Source: Betaproteobacteria bacterium (GTDB taxonomy: Bacteria > Pseudomonadota > Gammaproteobacteria > Burkholderiales > SG8-39). Taken from it: 64,000 bases of DNA. The position numbers and the translations under genes are program-made. The DNA is taken from assembly GCA_947479645.1 (NCBI GenBank), contig CANKAJ010000002.1:400-64399 (forward strand), given 5' to 3'. The stretch's first letter is position 1, and the number at the start of each line of letters is the position of its first letter. The notes under the pieces were generated by a model. That model did no database searches, was not told the DNA's origin, and worked only from the letters and a program-made list of their open reading frames with translations. Shown piece after piece: positions 63,826 through 64,000 of the stretch.

Positions 63826-64000
63826 TTAAATGATGGCTCTGCGCCGGAATAGCGGCAAGGGCTCGACCACATTGGCCTGGTAGGTGTCAGCCAGATCGTC
63901 GAAGGCACGCAGCGCCTCGTCGGCATCCTCGCCGTCGCGCAGCGCGTAGGTGTCAAAGCCGCAACGCTGCATGCCGAGCAGCACATCTTTAAAGACGGCG
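63826..64000 (-). CDS. DUF934-family protein, C-terminal part (gene continues beyond the window)
   Basis: The minus-strand frame reads AVFKDVLLGMQRCGFDTYALRDGEDADEALRAFDDLADTYQANVVEPLPLFRRRAII*. DUF934 is typically encoded directly upstream of cysH in betaproteobacterial cys operons. Confidence 0.7.
   Translation of the reverse strand, partial: AVFKDVLLGMQRCGFDTYALRDGEDADEALRAFDDLADTYQANVVEPLPLFRRRAII

Noticed and set aside
1-64000. Search for rRNA, tRNA, CRISPR arrays, transposases, integrases and prophage genes
   Set aside because: I saw no cloverleaf-like or rRNA-like segments, no regularly spaced direct repeats, and no DDE, tyrosine or serine recombinase motifs in any supplied ORF. The islet mobility genes, if any, must lie left of the window.

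Overview
This looks like a chromosomal segment of a roughly 60% GC proteobacterium, probably a betaproteobacterium of the Burkholderiales. That placement is an inference from three things: 12 Bug/TctC-family periplasmic binding-protein genes, the rph / yicC-gmk-rpoZ-spoT arrangement, and a DUF934-cysH-cysD-cysN-cobA operon.

The window has four parts:
1. 1-2650: a low-GC islet cut off by the left edge. It holds three unknown ORFs, one of them a nucleotide-cyclase-like/GAF-like fusion, and sits next to a class II Fic gene.
2. 4-23.4 kb: an accessory organic-acid catabolic block with Bug receptors, paired soluble FAD flavoproteins, a maleate-isomerase-like gene, an IclR regulator and an MmgE/PrpD-family gene.
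3. 23.5-39 kb: a mixed and housekeeping block. It contains manC, spoT, rpoZ, gmk, yicC, rph, a degenerate GGDEF protein, an MFS transporter, two tandem methyltransferases and cinA. It also has a scar zone with a dispersed repeat and a prpD remnant.
4. 39.8-56.7 kb: a 17 kb co-directional catabolic cluster (Bug, TcuA-like flavoproteins, PrpD-like, lactonase, SDR, racemase-like, EtfBA, a fused double acyl-CoA dehydrogenase). After it come a tandem cNMP-binding protein, DUF2889/DUF2132, a nitronate monooxygenase-like gene and the sulfate assimilation operon.

I found no rRNA, tRNA, CRISPR array, transposase or integrase. The best candidate for an undescribed system is the low-GC cyclase/GAF cassette at 203-2604.

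All family calls come from motifs read by eye in the supplied translations. No database search or computed alignment was possible. Identities and GC values are hand counts.
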